Assembly (NCBI GenBank): GCA_963721805.1 | Contig: CAVRJY010000001.1 | Coordinates: forward strand, 128,001 to 192,000 | Length of the DNA: 64,000 nt | Source: Nitrospirota bacterium | GTDB lineage: Bacteria; Nitrospirota; Thermodesulfovibrionia; Thermodesulfovibrionales; JdFR-86 | Reading direction: 5' to 3' | Part shown: positions 25,806-35,528 of the stretch, in pieces | Numbering within the stretch: the first letter of the stretch is position 1 | Layout: every line of letters starts with the position of its first letter | Translations under genes and position numbers: made by a program | The notes under the pieces: model-generated | The model's database searches: none | The model's input: only the letters and a program-made list of their open reading frames with translations | Told to the model about the DNA's origin: nothing

Positions 25806-27524
25806 TCACTTCCGTCGCTGCAGCAACCTTGCCAGCTCATCGGAGTCGATCAGGGAAGCGCGCTGGATCGCGGAGTCCGACCTTTCGGTGTCGCCGGTCG
25901 CGCTGTACAGGAGCGCCAGATTATACAGGGGCCAGACCGCATCGTCGTGATAAGTGGCCCCCTTGCGCTCTATGTCAGGCGGGAAAAGGGAGACCGCCTT
26001 TTCGAGCGTCGAGATGGCCTTTTGCGCCTCCCCGGTGCGCATGTAAGCGACCCCGAGGGTGTTGAGCATCTGGACCCTGTTTGTAACGTTCTCCCTGGTG
26101 TCGTCCTCGGGCCGGAGCCCTGGCCGTACGAGCGACAGGGCGTGCTCGAGGACCGGGATGGCGCGCCCTGGGTCGCCGGACGAGATATAGGCGTTGGCAA
26201 GGTTGTGAAGCACCAGGGGCTTGTCCGGGCTTTCCTCGGCCGCGTCGGTCCAAAACGCCACGAGGTCCTGGAAGACGGGATTGCGGTTATATGTGGCGAG
26301 CGATAACGCAAGCACCGCGGCCGCGGCCGCGAGCGCAAACGCCTTCCCGGAGGGGGCGCCTCCGAGCCGCCCGTAAAAACGCACTCCCAGCGCGGATAGG
26401 GCGAGCGCCAACCCCGCTATCGGCAGGTAGAGCCTGTGCTCGTAGATCAAGTCGTCCAGCGGCACGATGCTGGACTCCACCGAGAGGGTCAGATAAAACC
26501 ATAAGATCCCGAACGAGGCCCACCGCAGGTGGCCGCTGCCCTCACGGCGTGAGCGTAGGTAGAGATAGCCCGCGGCAGCGATGAGCGAGAGATTGACCGC
26601 GGCCGGTAAAAACACCTGCCACTGCAGCAGTGAGCCGTAAATCGGGTAGTCGTACTGTACGTTTTGGTTCAGCGGCAGCACGAGGAGCCGCATGTATGTG
26701 AGCATCACGCGCTGCTCGGTGAGGAGGTACTCCCACGACGAGATATTGCGGAAATTGGCCGCGTTCACTATGTCATGCTTGACCGTGAAGAAAAGCGTGG
26801 CAGGTATGATCATCACGATCGCGGTCCATGGGAGGATGCGTTTCAGGCTCAGGCCCCGGGGGCCGTCGAGGAAGCATACCTCGACCAGGACCATCGCGGC
26901 CGGCAGCGTGAAGGCGATCTCCTTTGAGCGCGCGGCGAGCAGCACGCAGACGGCCGATAGCGCGTAGAGCATGATCGAGCGCCTCCGGTCGCCTTGCAGC
27001 CTCGAGCGCACGTACAGCGCGAGGCTCAGCAGGTAGAAGAGCGCTGCAAGCGATGTGAAGCGTTGCGAGATGTCCGAGACCGCATCGGTCTGCAGCGGGT
27101 GCACCGTGAAGAGCAGCGCCCCCCACAAGGCGATGATGCCGGGCGATGCCGAGGACCGAAACAGCATGAGCCCGAGCCAGTAAAGCGTCAGGGCCGCGGC
27201 GATATGGATGGCGAGGTTGACCGCGTGATAGCCAAGCGTGGCGTTGCCGTGGACGGCGTAGTCCGCCGCGAAGGTCGCAAATACGACGATGCGGTCCTGG
27301 AAGTGCGTGATAAGGTTAGAGTTCGCGAGCTTCTGCCTTCCCAGGGCGGCGTCCATAAAGTTGTGCAGGCTCATGATCGCAGGGTTTGAGGCGACATAGT
27401 CGAAATCGTCGAAGATCATCGGCCCGTGCAGCGAGTTTGAATAGATCACCAGCGCGGCAAACGCGATAAGCATTGCGTGGGCGGCCCGCGATTCGGCGAT
27501 CTTATTCCATAAGGGTTCTGTCAT
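25806..27524 (-). CDS. TMTC-like GT-C glycosyltransferase with C-terminal TPRs (paralog of 24067-25743)
   Basis: IFDD, HPLQTDAV, ARSKE, YEHRLYLP; long shared stretches with neighbour. Confidence 0.85.
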   Translation of the reverse strand: MTEPLWNKIAESRAAHAMLIAFAALVIYSNSLHGPMIFDDFDYVASNPAIMSLHNFMDAALGRQKLANSNLITHFQDRIVVFATFAADYAVHGNATLGYHAVNLAIHIAAALTLYWLGLMLFRSSASPGIIALWGALLFTVHPLQTDAVSDISQRFTSLAALFYLLSLALYVRSRLQGDRRRSIMLYALSAVCVLLAARSKEIAFTLPAAMVLVEVCFLDGPRGLSLKRILPWTAIVMIIPATLFFTVKHDIVNAANFRNISSWEYLLTEQRVMLTYMRLLVLPLNQNVQYDYPIYGSLLQWQVFLPAAVNLSLIAAAGYLYLRSRREGSGHLRWASFGILWFYLTLSVESSIVPLDDLIYEHRLYLPIAGLALALSALGVRFYGRLGGAPSGKAFALAAAAAVLALSLATYNRNPVFQDLVAFWTDAAEESPDKPLVLHNLANAYISSGDPGRAIPVLEHALSLVRPGLRPEDDTRENVTNRVQMLNTLGVAYMRTGEAQKAISTLEKAVSLFPPDIERKGATYHDDAVWPLYNLALLYSATGDTERSDSAIQRASLIDSDELARLLQRRK

Positions 27525-27820
27525 CGTTTATTCATTCGCCGGACGCGGTTGGCATTTATTCCCTTGGGATCATATTAGCAACCGAATATGGCGCAAATGT
27601 GGAAGAAATATGGAAGAAATGAGGAAATCCGGCGGGGCAGCGGGCGGTCATCTTTGAGATGATGGAGATAGACATAAATTTACCTGAACCCGCAAAGATG
27701 CCTTATGCGTTTTGAGTGCCCCGCGGAGAACGTCCCTTCACAGTCCGGCTTTACGGATGCGATTCCTTTGTGTGGGGGGGGAGACCCCTGCCGCGGACCG
27801 CTGGGGTATAATATCCAGTC

Positions 27821-29437
27821 ATGGATTTTTTGAAAGATAACCCCTTTAGGGGACGGGTGCTTGCCGCGGTACTGCTCGTTGCGGCGGCTGCCGTATACCT
27901 GGGCTCGCTCGGAGGCGGGTTCGTATGGGACGACGATGCCGTGATACGCCAAAACTTAGGCCGGAGCGGCGTGAGCATCGGCGCGATTTTTCTGGAGCGC
28001 GACACGGCCCTGCCTGAGAGCATGAGCCCGTATTACAGGCCGCTTACCTACCTCTCGTTCTATCTCGACTCGCGGCTCTGGGGCGCGAACCCCGCCGGAT
28101 ACCACGCCGAGAACCTCATGCTGCACATGGCCGCCGTCCTGCTGCTCTTCCTCCTGCTGCGCCGGGCGTCGGGTGACGAGCGGGCGGCCTTCTTCACCGC
28201 GCTCCTCTTTGCGGTCCATCCGGCCGGGGTTGAGCCGGTGAGCTTCCTGGCCGGGGGCAGAAACACGCTCCTGTGCGCGGTCTTAATGCTCGGCTCGGCG
28301 TACGCGTTTCAGCGCATGGAGCGGGGGAGCGGGTTTAGGAAGTGCGCCGCGCCCGGGAGCCTGTTATACGGCCTCTCGCTCATCTCGAAGGAGTCCGGCG
28401 GGGCGCTCCTGCTGTTCGTCCCGTGGTGGCTCTGGCGGAGGCGTCATGCCAAAGAGGCGCTGATCGCTGCCGGGGGGCTCGCCCTTGTCACCGCGGCCTA
28501 CCTCGCGCTTCGGACGAACGCGCTGGGGTTTTTGCTGACCGGCGGCAGGGGGGCGACGAGTCCGGCCCTGGTCCTCCGGAGCCTCTATGAGTACTTCAGG
28601 CTGTTTTTCTGGCCGGTGCGGCTTAACGCGTTTTACCGGATCGGACAGGGGCCGGAATACCTCAAGTGGGCTGTGGCTGTAATCGGAGCCGGCGGGCTTC
28701 TCTGGCTTGCATTGAGGCGGCCTGCCGGAGACGGGCAAGCGCAGGCGCCGCTTTATTGGGGTGCGGCCTGGGCGGTGCTCGGGTTCCTGCCGGTCATAAA
28801 CATAGTCCCGATCCCGAGCGCGCCGGTGGCCGAACGGTACATGTACATCCCGCTGATGGGCCTGTGCTCGATCGCGGGGTACGCCCTTGCCGGGGCGGGC
28901 AGGCGCTGGCCGCGGACCGGCACGGCCCTTGCGCTGTTGATAGCCCTCGCGCTTGCCGGCCGCACCGCGCTGCGCGTCCCTGCATGGCACGACAACCTCT
29001 CGCTCGGCCGGAGCATGGTGCAGTCAGATCCTCAAAGCGGGACCGCCCATGGCTTCCTGGGCGTGGAGTATATGAAGCGCGGCGATTACGGCCCGGCGGC
29101 CCCGGAGCTGAGGGCCGCCGTCTCACTGATGCCGTCCGACCCGCGGGGGTACGTAAACCTGGGCAACCTGAGCTTCCGCACCGGAGACGCGAGGGCGGCG
29201 CTCGAATACTACGGCGAGGCGCTGGCCCTCGGCGTACGCGACAAGCGTATCTACTACAACCTCGGCCTGGCCGCCGAGAAGGCCGGCCTTAAGAGCAAAG
29301 CCGCTGAATATTATGCGAAATTCGTCAATTCCCCCGGCGTCGCACAAGACCCGCTCTACGCCGAATCGCTCGATACGGCCCGCAACAGACTCGCCGCCCT
29401 GGCGGCCCCTCAGCCGCCGGACGCCCCCGGACGATGA
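27821..29437 (+). CDS. TMTC-like GT-C glycosyltransferase with TPRs
   Basis: FVWDD, YYRPL, FAVHP, SKE, AERYMYIP motifs; TPR tail. Confidence 0.85.
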   Translation: MDFLKDNPFRGRVLAAVLLVAAAAVYLGSLGGGFVWDDDAVIRQNLGRSGVSIGAIFLERDTALPESMSPYYRPLTYLSFYLDSRLWGANPAGYHAENLMLHMAAVLLLFLLLRRASGDERAAFFTALLFAVHPAGVEPVSFLAGGRNTLLCAVLMLGSAYAFQRMERGSGFRKCAAPGSLLYGLSLISKESGGALLLFVPWWLWRRRHAKEALIAAGGLALVTAAYLALRTNALGFLLTGGRGATSPALVLRSLYEYFRLFFWPVRLNAFYRIGQGPEYLKWAVAVIGAGGLLWLALRRPAGDGQAQAPLYWGAAWAVLGFLPVINIVPIPSAPVAERYMYIPLMGLCSIAGYALAGAGRRWPRTGTALALLIALALAGRTALRVPAWHDNLSLGRSMVQSDPQSGTAHGFLGVEYMKRGDYGPAAPELRAAVSLMPSDPRGYVNLGNLSFRTGDARAALEYYGEALALGVRDKRIYYNLGLAAEKAGLKSKAAEYYAKFVNSPGVAQDPLYAESLDTARNRLAALAAPQPPDAPGR

Positions 29438-29491
29438 TCCGGGCTTTTAGTAACTATAAGAAAATTTAATCTTACAATTTTAAAATTTACC

Positions 29492-29520
29492 TTGAAAAAA
29501 CCGGATGGAATCTATACTAT
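29492..29520 (+). promoter_or_regulatory. Putative sigma70 promoter of adk-sat operon
   Basis: TTGAAA-N17-TACTAT preceded by strongly AT-rich UP-like tract (29450-29490). Confidence 0.55.
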
Positions 29521-29607
29521 GGGTACTTCGACGAATCGGTTTGTCCCGTTACGGAGACAGTTGTTGTCCGAGTGCGCCGAACGAATAAATATGCGGGGAG
29601 AGCGATT

Positions 29608-30252
29608 ATGAGAATAGTTTTGCTGGGAGCGCCGGGTGCCGGCAAAGGTACGCAGGCGAAGCTTTTGATCGAGAAGTACAAGATTCCGCAGATCTCCACG
29701 GGCGACATGCTCAGGGCTGCCGTTGCAGCCGGGACGCCGCTCGGCAAAGAGGCCAAGGCGATCATGGACAAGGGCGAGTTCGTCTCCGACGCGATCGTTT
29801 TAGGCCTCGTCGAGGAGCGCGTCAAGCAGCCTGACTGCAAGGCCGGGTTCATCCTCGACGGCTTCCCGCGCAACACGAAGCAGGCCGAGGCCCTCGACGC
29901 GCTGCTGACGAAACTGGGCATGCCGATCACGGCAGCGATCAGCGTCGACGTCCCGCTTGACGACCTCATGAAGCGCCTCACCGGCCGCCGGACGTGCAAG
30001 AGCTGCGGCCAGATGTACAACGTCTATTCCACGCCCCCCAAGAAAGAGGGCGTCTGCGACAAGTGCGGCGGCGAGCTCTTCCAGCGCGGCGACGACAACG
30101 AGACGACGATCAAAAAGAGGCTCGACGAGTACGAGAACAAGACCGCGCCGCTCGCCGGCTACTACAAGGCCCAGGGCAAGATGAAGTCCGTCGCCGGCAC
30201 CGGCTCGATAGACGACATATTCAAGAAGATGTGCGCCGCCATCGGCGCTTAG
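29608..30252 (+). CDS. adk: Adenylate kinase (Zn-lid type)
   Basis: GAPGAGKGTQA, STGDMLR, GFILDGFPR, CKSC...CDKC lid; start at ATG 29608. Confidence 0.97.
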   Translation: MRIVLLGAPGAGKGTQAKLLIEKYKIPQISTGDMLRAAVAAGTPLGKEAKAIMDKGEFVSDAIVLGLVEERVKQPDCKAGFILDGFPRNTKQAEALDALLTKLGMPITAAISVDVPLDDLMKRLTGRRTCKSCGQMYNVYSTPPKKEGVCDKCGGELFQRGDDNETTIKKRLDEYENKTAPLAGYYKAQGKMKSVAGTGSIDDIFKKMCAAIGA

Positions 30253-30282
30253 GCATTTTAAACAAAATTTAAGGAGGACTCA

Positions 30283-31497
30283 ATGGCACTTGTTAATCCG
30301 CATGGCAAACTGAAAAAGCTCATGCCCCTGATGCTCGAGGGCAAGGAGCTGGAGGCCGAGAAGGCCAAGGCTAAGGGGCTGACCCAGGTCAGGATCTCCT
30401 CGCGCGAGGCCGGCGACCTCATAATGCTCGGCATCGGCGGCTTCACGCCGCTGACCGGTTTTATGGGCTATGACGACTGGAAGGGCGTATGCGCCGAGTA
30501 CAAGATGAAGGACGGCACCTTCTGGCCGATCCCGATCACCGTATCGACGACCGAGGGCCAGGCCGACAGCATCAAGATCGGCTCTGAGGTTGCGCTCGTC
30601 TCTGAGGAGTCCGGCGAGATAATGGCCACCATGAAGGTGACCGAGAAGTACAAGATCGACAAGGAGTACGAGTGCAAGCAGGTATATAAGACGACCGAGA
30701 TGGAGCACCCCGGCGTCGTGATGGTAATGAAGCAGGAGGCCGTGAACCTCGCCGGCCCTGTGAAGGTCCTCTCAGAGGGCACCTTCCCGAAGGAATACCC
30801 CGAACTGTACCAGCGCCCGGCCGAGACCCGCAAGTACTTCGAGGACAAGGGCTGGTCCACGGTCGCCGCGTTCCAGACGCGCAACCCCATGCATCGCTCA
30901 CACGAGTACCTCGCCAAGATCGCGGTCGAGATCTGCGACGGCCTCTTCATCCACATGCTGCTTGGCAAGCTGAAGCCGGGCGATATCCCATCTGACGTCC
31001 GCCAGGAGGCTATTGACGTGCTCACCGAGAAGTACTTCGTGAAGGACACGGTCATGGTCGGCGGCTACCCGCTCGACATGCGTTATGCCGGCCCGCGCGA
31101 GGCTCTGCTGCATGCCCTGTTCAGGCAGAACTACGGCTGTAGCCATCTTATTGTTGGCCGCGACCACGCCGGAGTCGGCGAGTACTACGGCCCGTTTGAC
31201 GCCCAGAAGATATTCGACGAGATCCCGAAGGGCGCGCTCGAGACCCAGGCGATGAAGATCGACTGGACGTTCTATTGCAACAAGTGCGAAGGCATGGCCT
31301 CGATGAGGACCTGCCCGCACGGCAAAGAGGACAGGCTCATGCTCTCCGGCACGAAGCTCCGCAAGATGCTCAGCGAGGGCACCGAGGTGCCGGATCACTT
31401 CAGCCGCCCCGAGGTGCTCGCGATACTCCGCAAGTACTACCAGGGACTTACCGAGAAGGTCGAGATCAAGGTCCACAAGTACTCGGAAGGCGTTTAA
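30283..31497 (+). CDS. sat: Sulfate adenylyltransferase
   Basis: [34 protein letters not shown] motifs. Confidence 0.97.
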   Translation: MALVNPHGKLKKLMPLMLEGKELEAEKAKAKGLTQVRISSREAGDLIMLGIGGFTPLTGFMGYDDWKGVCAEYKMKDGTFWPIPITVSTTEGQADSIKIGSEVALVSEESGEIMATMKVTEKYKIDKEYECKQVYKTTEMEHPGVVMVMKQEAVNLAGPVKVLSEGTFPKEYPELYQRPAETRKYFEDKGWSTVAAFQTRNPMHRSHEYLAKIAVEICDGLFIHMLLGKLKPGDIPSDVRQEAIDVLTEKYFVKDTVMVGGYPLDMRYAGPREALLHALFRQNYGCSHLIVGRDHAGVGEYYGPFDAQKIFDEIPKGALETQAMKIDWTFYCNKCEGMASMRTCPHGKEDRLMLSGTKLRKMLSEGTEVPDHFSRPEVLAILRKYYQGLTEKVEIKVHKYSEGV

Positions 31498-31624
31498 TTT
31501 AAAGAACGAACGGGCTCCGGTCCCGGACGTGGGGTGACGGGAACACCCTGCGGCCGGCCCCGGGGTCTAGAACGTAAATGGCGCCAATAAGGCGCATAAC
31601 TTAAGCAAGGAGGAACACCAAGGA

Positions 31625-32065
31625 ATGCCGAGTTTTGTTATCACCGAAAAGTGTGACGGCTGCAAGGCACAGGACAAGACCGCGTGCCAGTACATCTGCC
31701 CGAACGACCTCATGGCCCTCAACAGGGATCTCATGAAGGCCTACAACCAGGAGCCGGAGCAGTGCTGGGAGTGCTACAACTGCGTAAAGATCTGCCCGCA
31801 GCAGGCGATCGAGGTCAGGGGCTATGCCGACTTCGTTCCGCTCGGGGGATCGGTCATCCCGATGAGGGGCACCGACTCCATCATGTGGACCATCAAGTTC
31901 CGTAATGGCAAGGTAAAGAGGTACAAGTTCCCGATCCGCACCACCCCCGAGGGTTCCGTACAGGCGTACAAGGGGCTTCCCGAGGCCGACCTGGCCAACA
32001 TCGAAAAGCCTGGCTACTTCACCACCCAGGGCGCCGGTAAGACCTTACCGGTCATCAAGAAATAA
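31625..32065 (+). CDS. aprB: Adenylylsulfate reductase beta subunit
   Basis: CDGCK...CQYICP and CWECYNCVKICP Fe-S motifs; IMWTIKFRNG. Confidence 0.97.
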   Translation: MPSFVITEKCDGCKAQDKTACQYICPNDLMALNRDLMKAYNQEPEQCWECYNCVKICPQQAIEVRGYADFVPLGGSVIPMRGTDSIMWTIKFRNGKVKRYKFPIRTTPEGSVQAYKGLPEADLANIEKPGYFTTQGAGKTLPVIKK

Positions 32066-32080
32066 GGAGGACCGGAAAAC

Positions 32081-34036
32081 ATGGAAAAACAGACCTGTAA
32101 TTTTTCATTCTGCGCCAAGCCGCAGATCGTAGAGATAAGCACCGATCTCCTCATCATCGGCGGCGGCATGTCCGCCTGCGGCACGGCCTTCGAGGCCAAA
32201 CGCTGGGCCGATGCAGCCAAGAAGGCCGGCAAGGGCGACATCAAGATAACCCTCGTTGACAAGGCCGCCATGGACCGCTCCGGCGCCGTCGCGATGGGCC
32301 TTTCCGCCATCAATACCTACATGGGCGAGCAGGACCCGGCTGACTACTCCCGCATGGTCCGCGGCGACCTCATGGGCATCACCCGCGAAGACCTCACCTA
32401 CGACCTCGGCCGCCACGTCGACGACAGCGTCGAGCTGTTCGAGGAGTGGGGCCTCCCGATCTGGAAGAAGGACGCCGAAGGCCACACCACTGACGGCGCC
32501 GCAGGCGGAGCGAAGCTCAAGGACGGCGGCAAGCCGGTCCGCTCCGGCAAGTGGCAGATCATGATCAACGGCGAGTCCTACAAGGTCATCGTCGCCGAGG
32601 CCGCGAAGAACGCCATCGGGATGGACAACATCTATGAGCGCGTCTTCATCGTGAAGCTCCTCCTCGACGAGAAGGTCGAGAACCGCATCGCAGGCGCGGT
32701 CGGCTTCAGCGTCCGCGAGAACAAGGTATACATCTTCAGGACCAACGTCATAGCCCTCGGCTGCGGCGGCGCGGTCAACGTATTCCGCCCCCGTTCCAAC
32801 CAGGAAGGCCAGGGCCGCGCGTGGTATCCCGTTTGGAACTCCGGTTCAGGCTATGCCCTCGGCATACAGGCCGGCGCCGAGCTCACCATGATGGAAAACC
32901 GCTTCGTGCCCGCCCGCTTCAAGGACGGCTACGGCCCGGTCGGCGCATGGTTCCTCTTCTTCAAGGCCAAGGCCACCAACGCCATGGGCGAGGACTACTG
33001 CACGGGCGAGAACTTCGAGTACACCAAGAAGCTCTACAGCCCTTATGCCGAGAAGCTCGGCACCTGCATCCGTAACCACATGATGATGATGGACATGAAG
33101 GCGGGCAAGGGCCCGATCTACATGAACACCCACACCGCCATGGCCGAGCTCGCAAAGACCATGGACGCCAAGCAGATCAAGCACCTCGAGGCCGAAGCTT
33201 GGGAAGACTTCCTTGACATGGCAATCGGTCAGGCCGGCCTCTGGGCCGGTATGGACATCGAGCCCGACAAGGTACCGTCCGAGATCATGCCGACCGAGCC
33301 TTATCTCCTCGGCTCCCACGCCGGCTGCGCCGGCTTCTGGGTCTCCGGTCCCGCTGACATCGCTCCGAAGGAGTGGGTATGGGGCCGCAACCGCGAGTCC
33401 ACCGTCAAGGGCATGTTCATGATGGGCGACATCTGCGGCGCCTCAGGCCACAAGTTCTCCTCGGGCTCCCATGCCGAGGGCCGTATCGTTGGCAAGGGCG
33501 CAATCGCCTTCATCCTCGAGAACAAGGACTTCAAGCCCACCGTCAGCAAGTCCGCCGACGAGCTTGCGGGCGAGATCTACCTGCCGTTTGAGGTCTACGA
33601 GAAGTACAAGACCTACTCGACCGCGCCTGAGATCAACCCCAACTACATCAAGCCGAAGATGGTCCAGGCCAGGCTCCAGAAGATCGCCGACGAGTACTTC
33701 GGCGGTATCTCGACCTGGTACATGACCTCCAAGACCATGCTCGAGAGAGGCCTGCAGCTCCTCGCCGTGCTCAAAGAGGATGCGCTCCTTTCCGGCGCCA
33801 AGGACCTCCACGAGCTGATGAGGGCTTGGGAGAACTATCACCGCATCTGGTCGGTCGAGGCACACGCCAAGCACATCCTCTTCAGGGAGGAGACCAGGTA
33901 CCCCGGCTACTACTACAGGGGCGACCACCTTCCGATCGACGATGTGAATTGGAAGTGCTTCGTCAACTCGAAGTTCGACCCGAAGACCGGCGAGTGGCCC
34001 GTCTTCAAGAAGCCTTACGTACAGCTGATCGACTAA
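32081..34036 (+). CDS. aprA: Adenylylsulfate reductase alpha subunit
   Basis: RSGAVAMGLSAINTY, WQIMINGESYK, ARFKDGYGPVGAWF, GHKFSSGSHAEGR. Confidence 0.98.
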   Translation: MEKQTCNFSFCAKPQIVEISTDLLIIGGGMSACGTAFEAKRWADAAKKAGKGDIKITLVDKAAMDRSGAVAMGLSAINTYMGEQDPADYSRMVRGDLMGITREDLTYDLGRHVDDSVELFEEWGLPIWKKDAEGHTTDGAAGGAKLKDGGKPVRSGKWQIMINGESYKVIVAEAAKNAIGMDNIYERVFIVKLLLDEKVENRIAGAVGFSVRENKVYIFRTNVIALGCGGAVNVFRPRSNQEGQGRAWYPVWNSGSGYALGIQAGAELTMMENRFVPARFKDGYGPVGAWFLFFKAKATNAMGEDYCTGENFEYTKKLYSPYAEKLGTCIRNHMMMMDMKAGKGPIYMNTHTAMAELAKTMDAKQIKHLEAEAWEDFLDMAIGQAGLWAGMDIEPDKVPSEIMPTEPYLLGSHAGCAGFWVSGPADIAPKEWVWGRNRESTVKGMFMMGDICGASGHKFSSGSHAEGRIVGKGAIAFILENKDFKPTVSKSADELAGEIYLPFEVYEKYKTYSTAPEINPNYIKPKMVQARLQKIADEYFGGISTWYMTSKTMLERGLQLLAVLKEDALLSGAKDLHELMRAWENYHRIWSVEAHAKHILFREETRYPGYYYRGDHLPIDDVNWKCFVNSKFDPKTGEWPVFKKPYVQLID

Positions 34037-34059
34037 TTCTCAAAAAGCCTGATAATCAA

Positions 34060-34091
34060 CACCCGGCGGCCGCGGAAGCGGCCGCCGGGTG
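34060..34091 (+). terminator. 14-bp perfect hairpin with GGAA loop after aprA (terminator or mRNA stabiliser)
   Basis: CACCCGGCGGCCGC-GGAA-GCGGCCGCCGGGTG; no U-tract. Confidence 0.55.
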
Positions 34092-34278
34092 CCCTAAAAC
34101 AACGGTTGGGTTAAGGGCGTTCCGGGCGGGCAGCGTGGCTCAAAGTCAGGGGCAGCGGCCTTTGATGGAAGGCGCGAGTTTGGCCTATAATAATGAATGG
34201 GCCAGTTGCCTTTAAGATAGAGGGGCGGTCCGCTCCCCGAGGCACCCTTAACCTAATCACCATGGAGGATTTAGAGCA

Positions 34279-35526
34279 ATGGCAGAACAGCGCGTTCTGA
34301 TTATCGGAGGGGGCATAAGCGGCCTGACGTCGGCCGTCGAGATGGCCGAGGCGGGCTACGAAGTCGTGCTCGTCGAGAAGAACCCCTATCTGGGCGGCAG
34401 GGTAGCCCAGCTCAACAAGTATTTCCCCAAGCTCTGCCCGCCGGTCTGCGGGCTCGAGCTGAACTTCCGCCGCATCAAGGAAAACCCGCGCATGACCGTC
34501 TACACGATGGCCGAGGTCGCGGCGATCTCCGGCGCGGAGGGCAACTTTGACGTGACCATAAAGGTTAACCCCCGTATGGTCAACGACAAGTGCACCGCGT
34601 GCGACGCGTGCGCGAAGGCCTGCCCGGCCGAGCGCTCAAACGAGTTCAACTTCGGCATGAACAAGACCAAGGCCGCGTACATCCCGTTCGAGCAGGCGTA
34701 TCCCTTCCGCTACGTGATCGACACCGCCAACTGCAAGGGCGACTGCGGGCAGAAGTGCAAGGAGGCCTGCAAGTACGACGCGGTCGACCTCGGCATGAAG
34801 CCCGAGACCGTGAGCGTCAAGGTCGGCACGGTCATTAACGCAACCGGCTGGAACCCCTACGACGTCAAGAAGCTCGACCTGCTCGGCGGCGGCCAGATCA
34901 AGAACGTCATCACCAACATGCAGATGGAGCGCCTGGCGGCGTTGAACGGCCCCACGGAGGGCAAGATCGTCCGCCCCTCCGACGGCAAGCCCGCGAAGAA
35001 CGTCGCGTTCGTGCAGTGCGCCGGATCGCGTGACGAGAACCACCTCGCATACTGCTCGTACGTCTGCTGCATGGCGTCGCTGAAGCAGACCACTTACCTG
35101 CGCGAACAGTACCCCGACAGCACGGTCAAGATACTCTATATAGACCTGCGCACCCCTGGGCGGTACGAGAAGTTCCTCAACACGGTCAAGGCCGACCCGA
35201 AGGTCTCGATGGTCAAGGGCAAGGTCGCGGCCGTGGAAGAGGCCGACGGCGGCAACGTCACCCTCACTTATGAGGACGTGATGGCCGGCAAGAAGGTCAG
35301 GGAGACGTTTGACATGGTCGTACTGGCCACCGGGATGCAGCCCAGCGGGGCGGCCATGAAGGTGCCGTCGACGAACTACTCCGAGGAGGGCTTCGCGCCC
35401 CAGCCCAGCCAGGCCGCCGGGATGATCTCGGTCGGCACGGTCAAGAGCCCGCTGGACGTCCAGCGCTCGGTTCAGGACGCAACCGGAGCGGCGATCAAAG
35501 GCATCCAGTCGCTGGTGAGGAGATAA
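34279..35526 (+). CDS. qmoA: QmoA (HdrA-like flavoprotein)
   Basis: GGGISG FAD site, KYFPKLCPP, QCAGSRDENHLAYCSYVCC; follows aprA. Confidence 0.93.
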   Translation: MAEQRVLIIGGGISGLTSAVEMAEAGYEVVLVEKNPYLGGRVAQLNKYFPKLCPPVCGLELNFRRIKENPRMTVYTMAEVAAISGAEGNFDVTIKVNPRMVNDKCTACDACAKACPAERSNEFNFGMNKTKAAYIPFEQAYPFRYVIDTANCKGDCGQKCKEACKYDAVDLGMKPETVSVKVGTVINATGWNPYDVKKLDLLGGGQIKNVITNMQMERLAALNGPTEGKIVRPSDGKPAKNVAFVQCAGSRDENHLAYCSYVCCMASLKQTTYLREQYPDSTVKILYIDLRTPGRYEKFLNTVKADPKVSMVKGKVAAVEEADGGNVTLTYEDVMAGKKVRETFDMVVLATGMQPSGAAMKVPSTNYSEEGFAPQPSQAAGMISVGTVKSPLDVQRSVQDATGAAIKGIQSLVRR

Positions 35527-35528
35527 TA

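Noticed and set aside
27596..27628. TGGAAGAAAT short direct repeat in divergent intergenic region
   Set aside because: Only two exact copies in a purine-rich tract; insufficient to call a site
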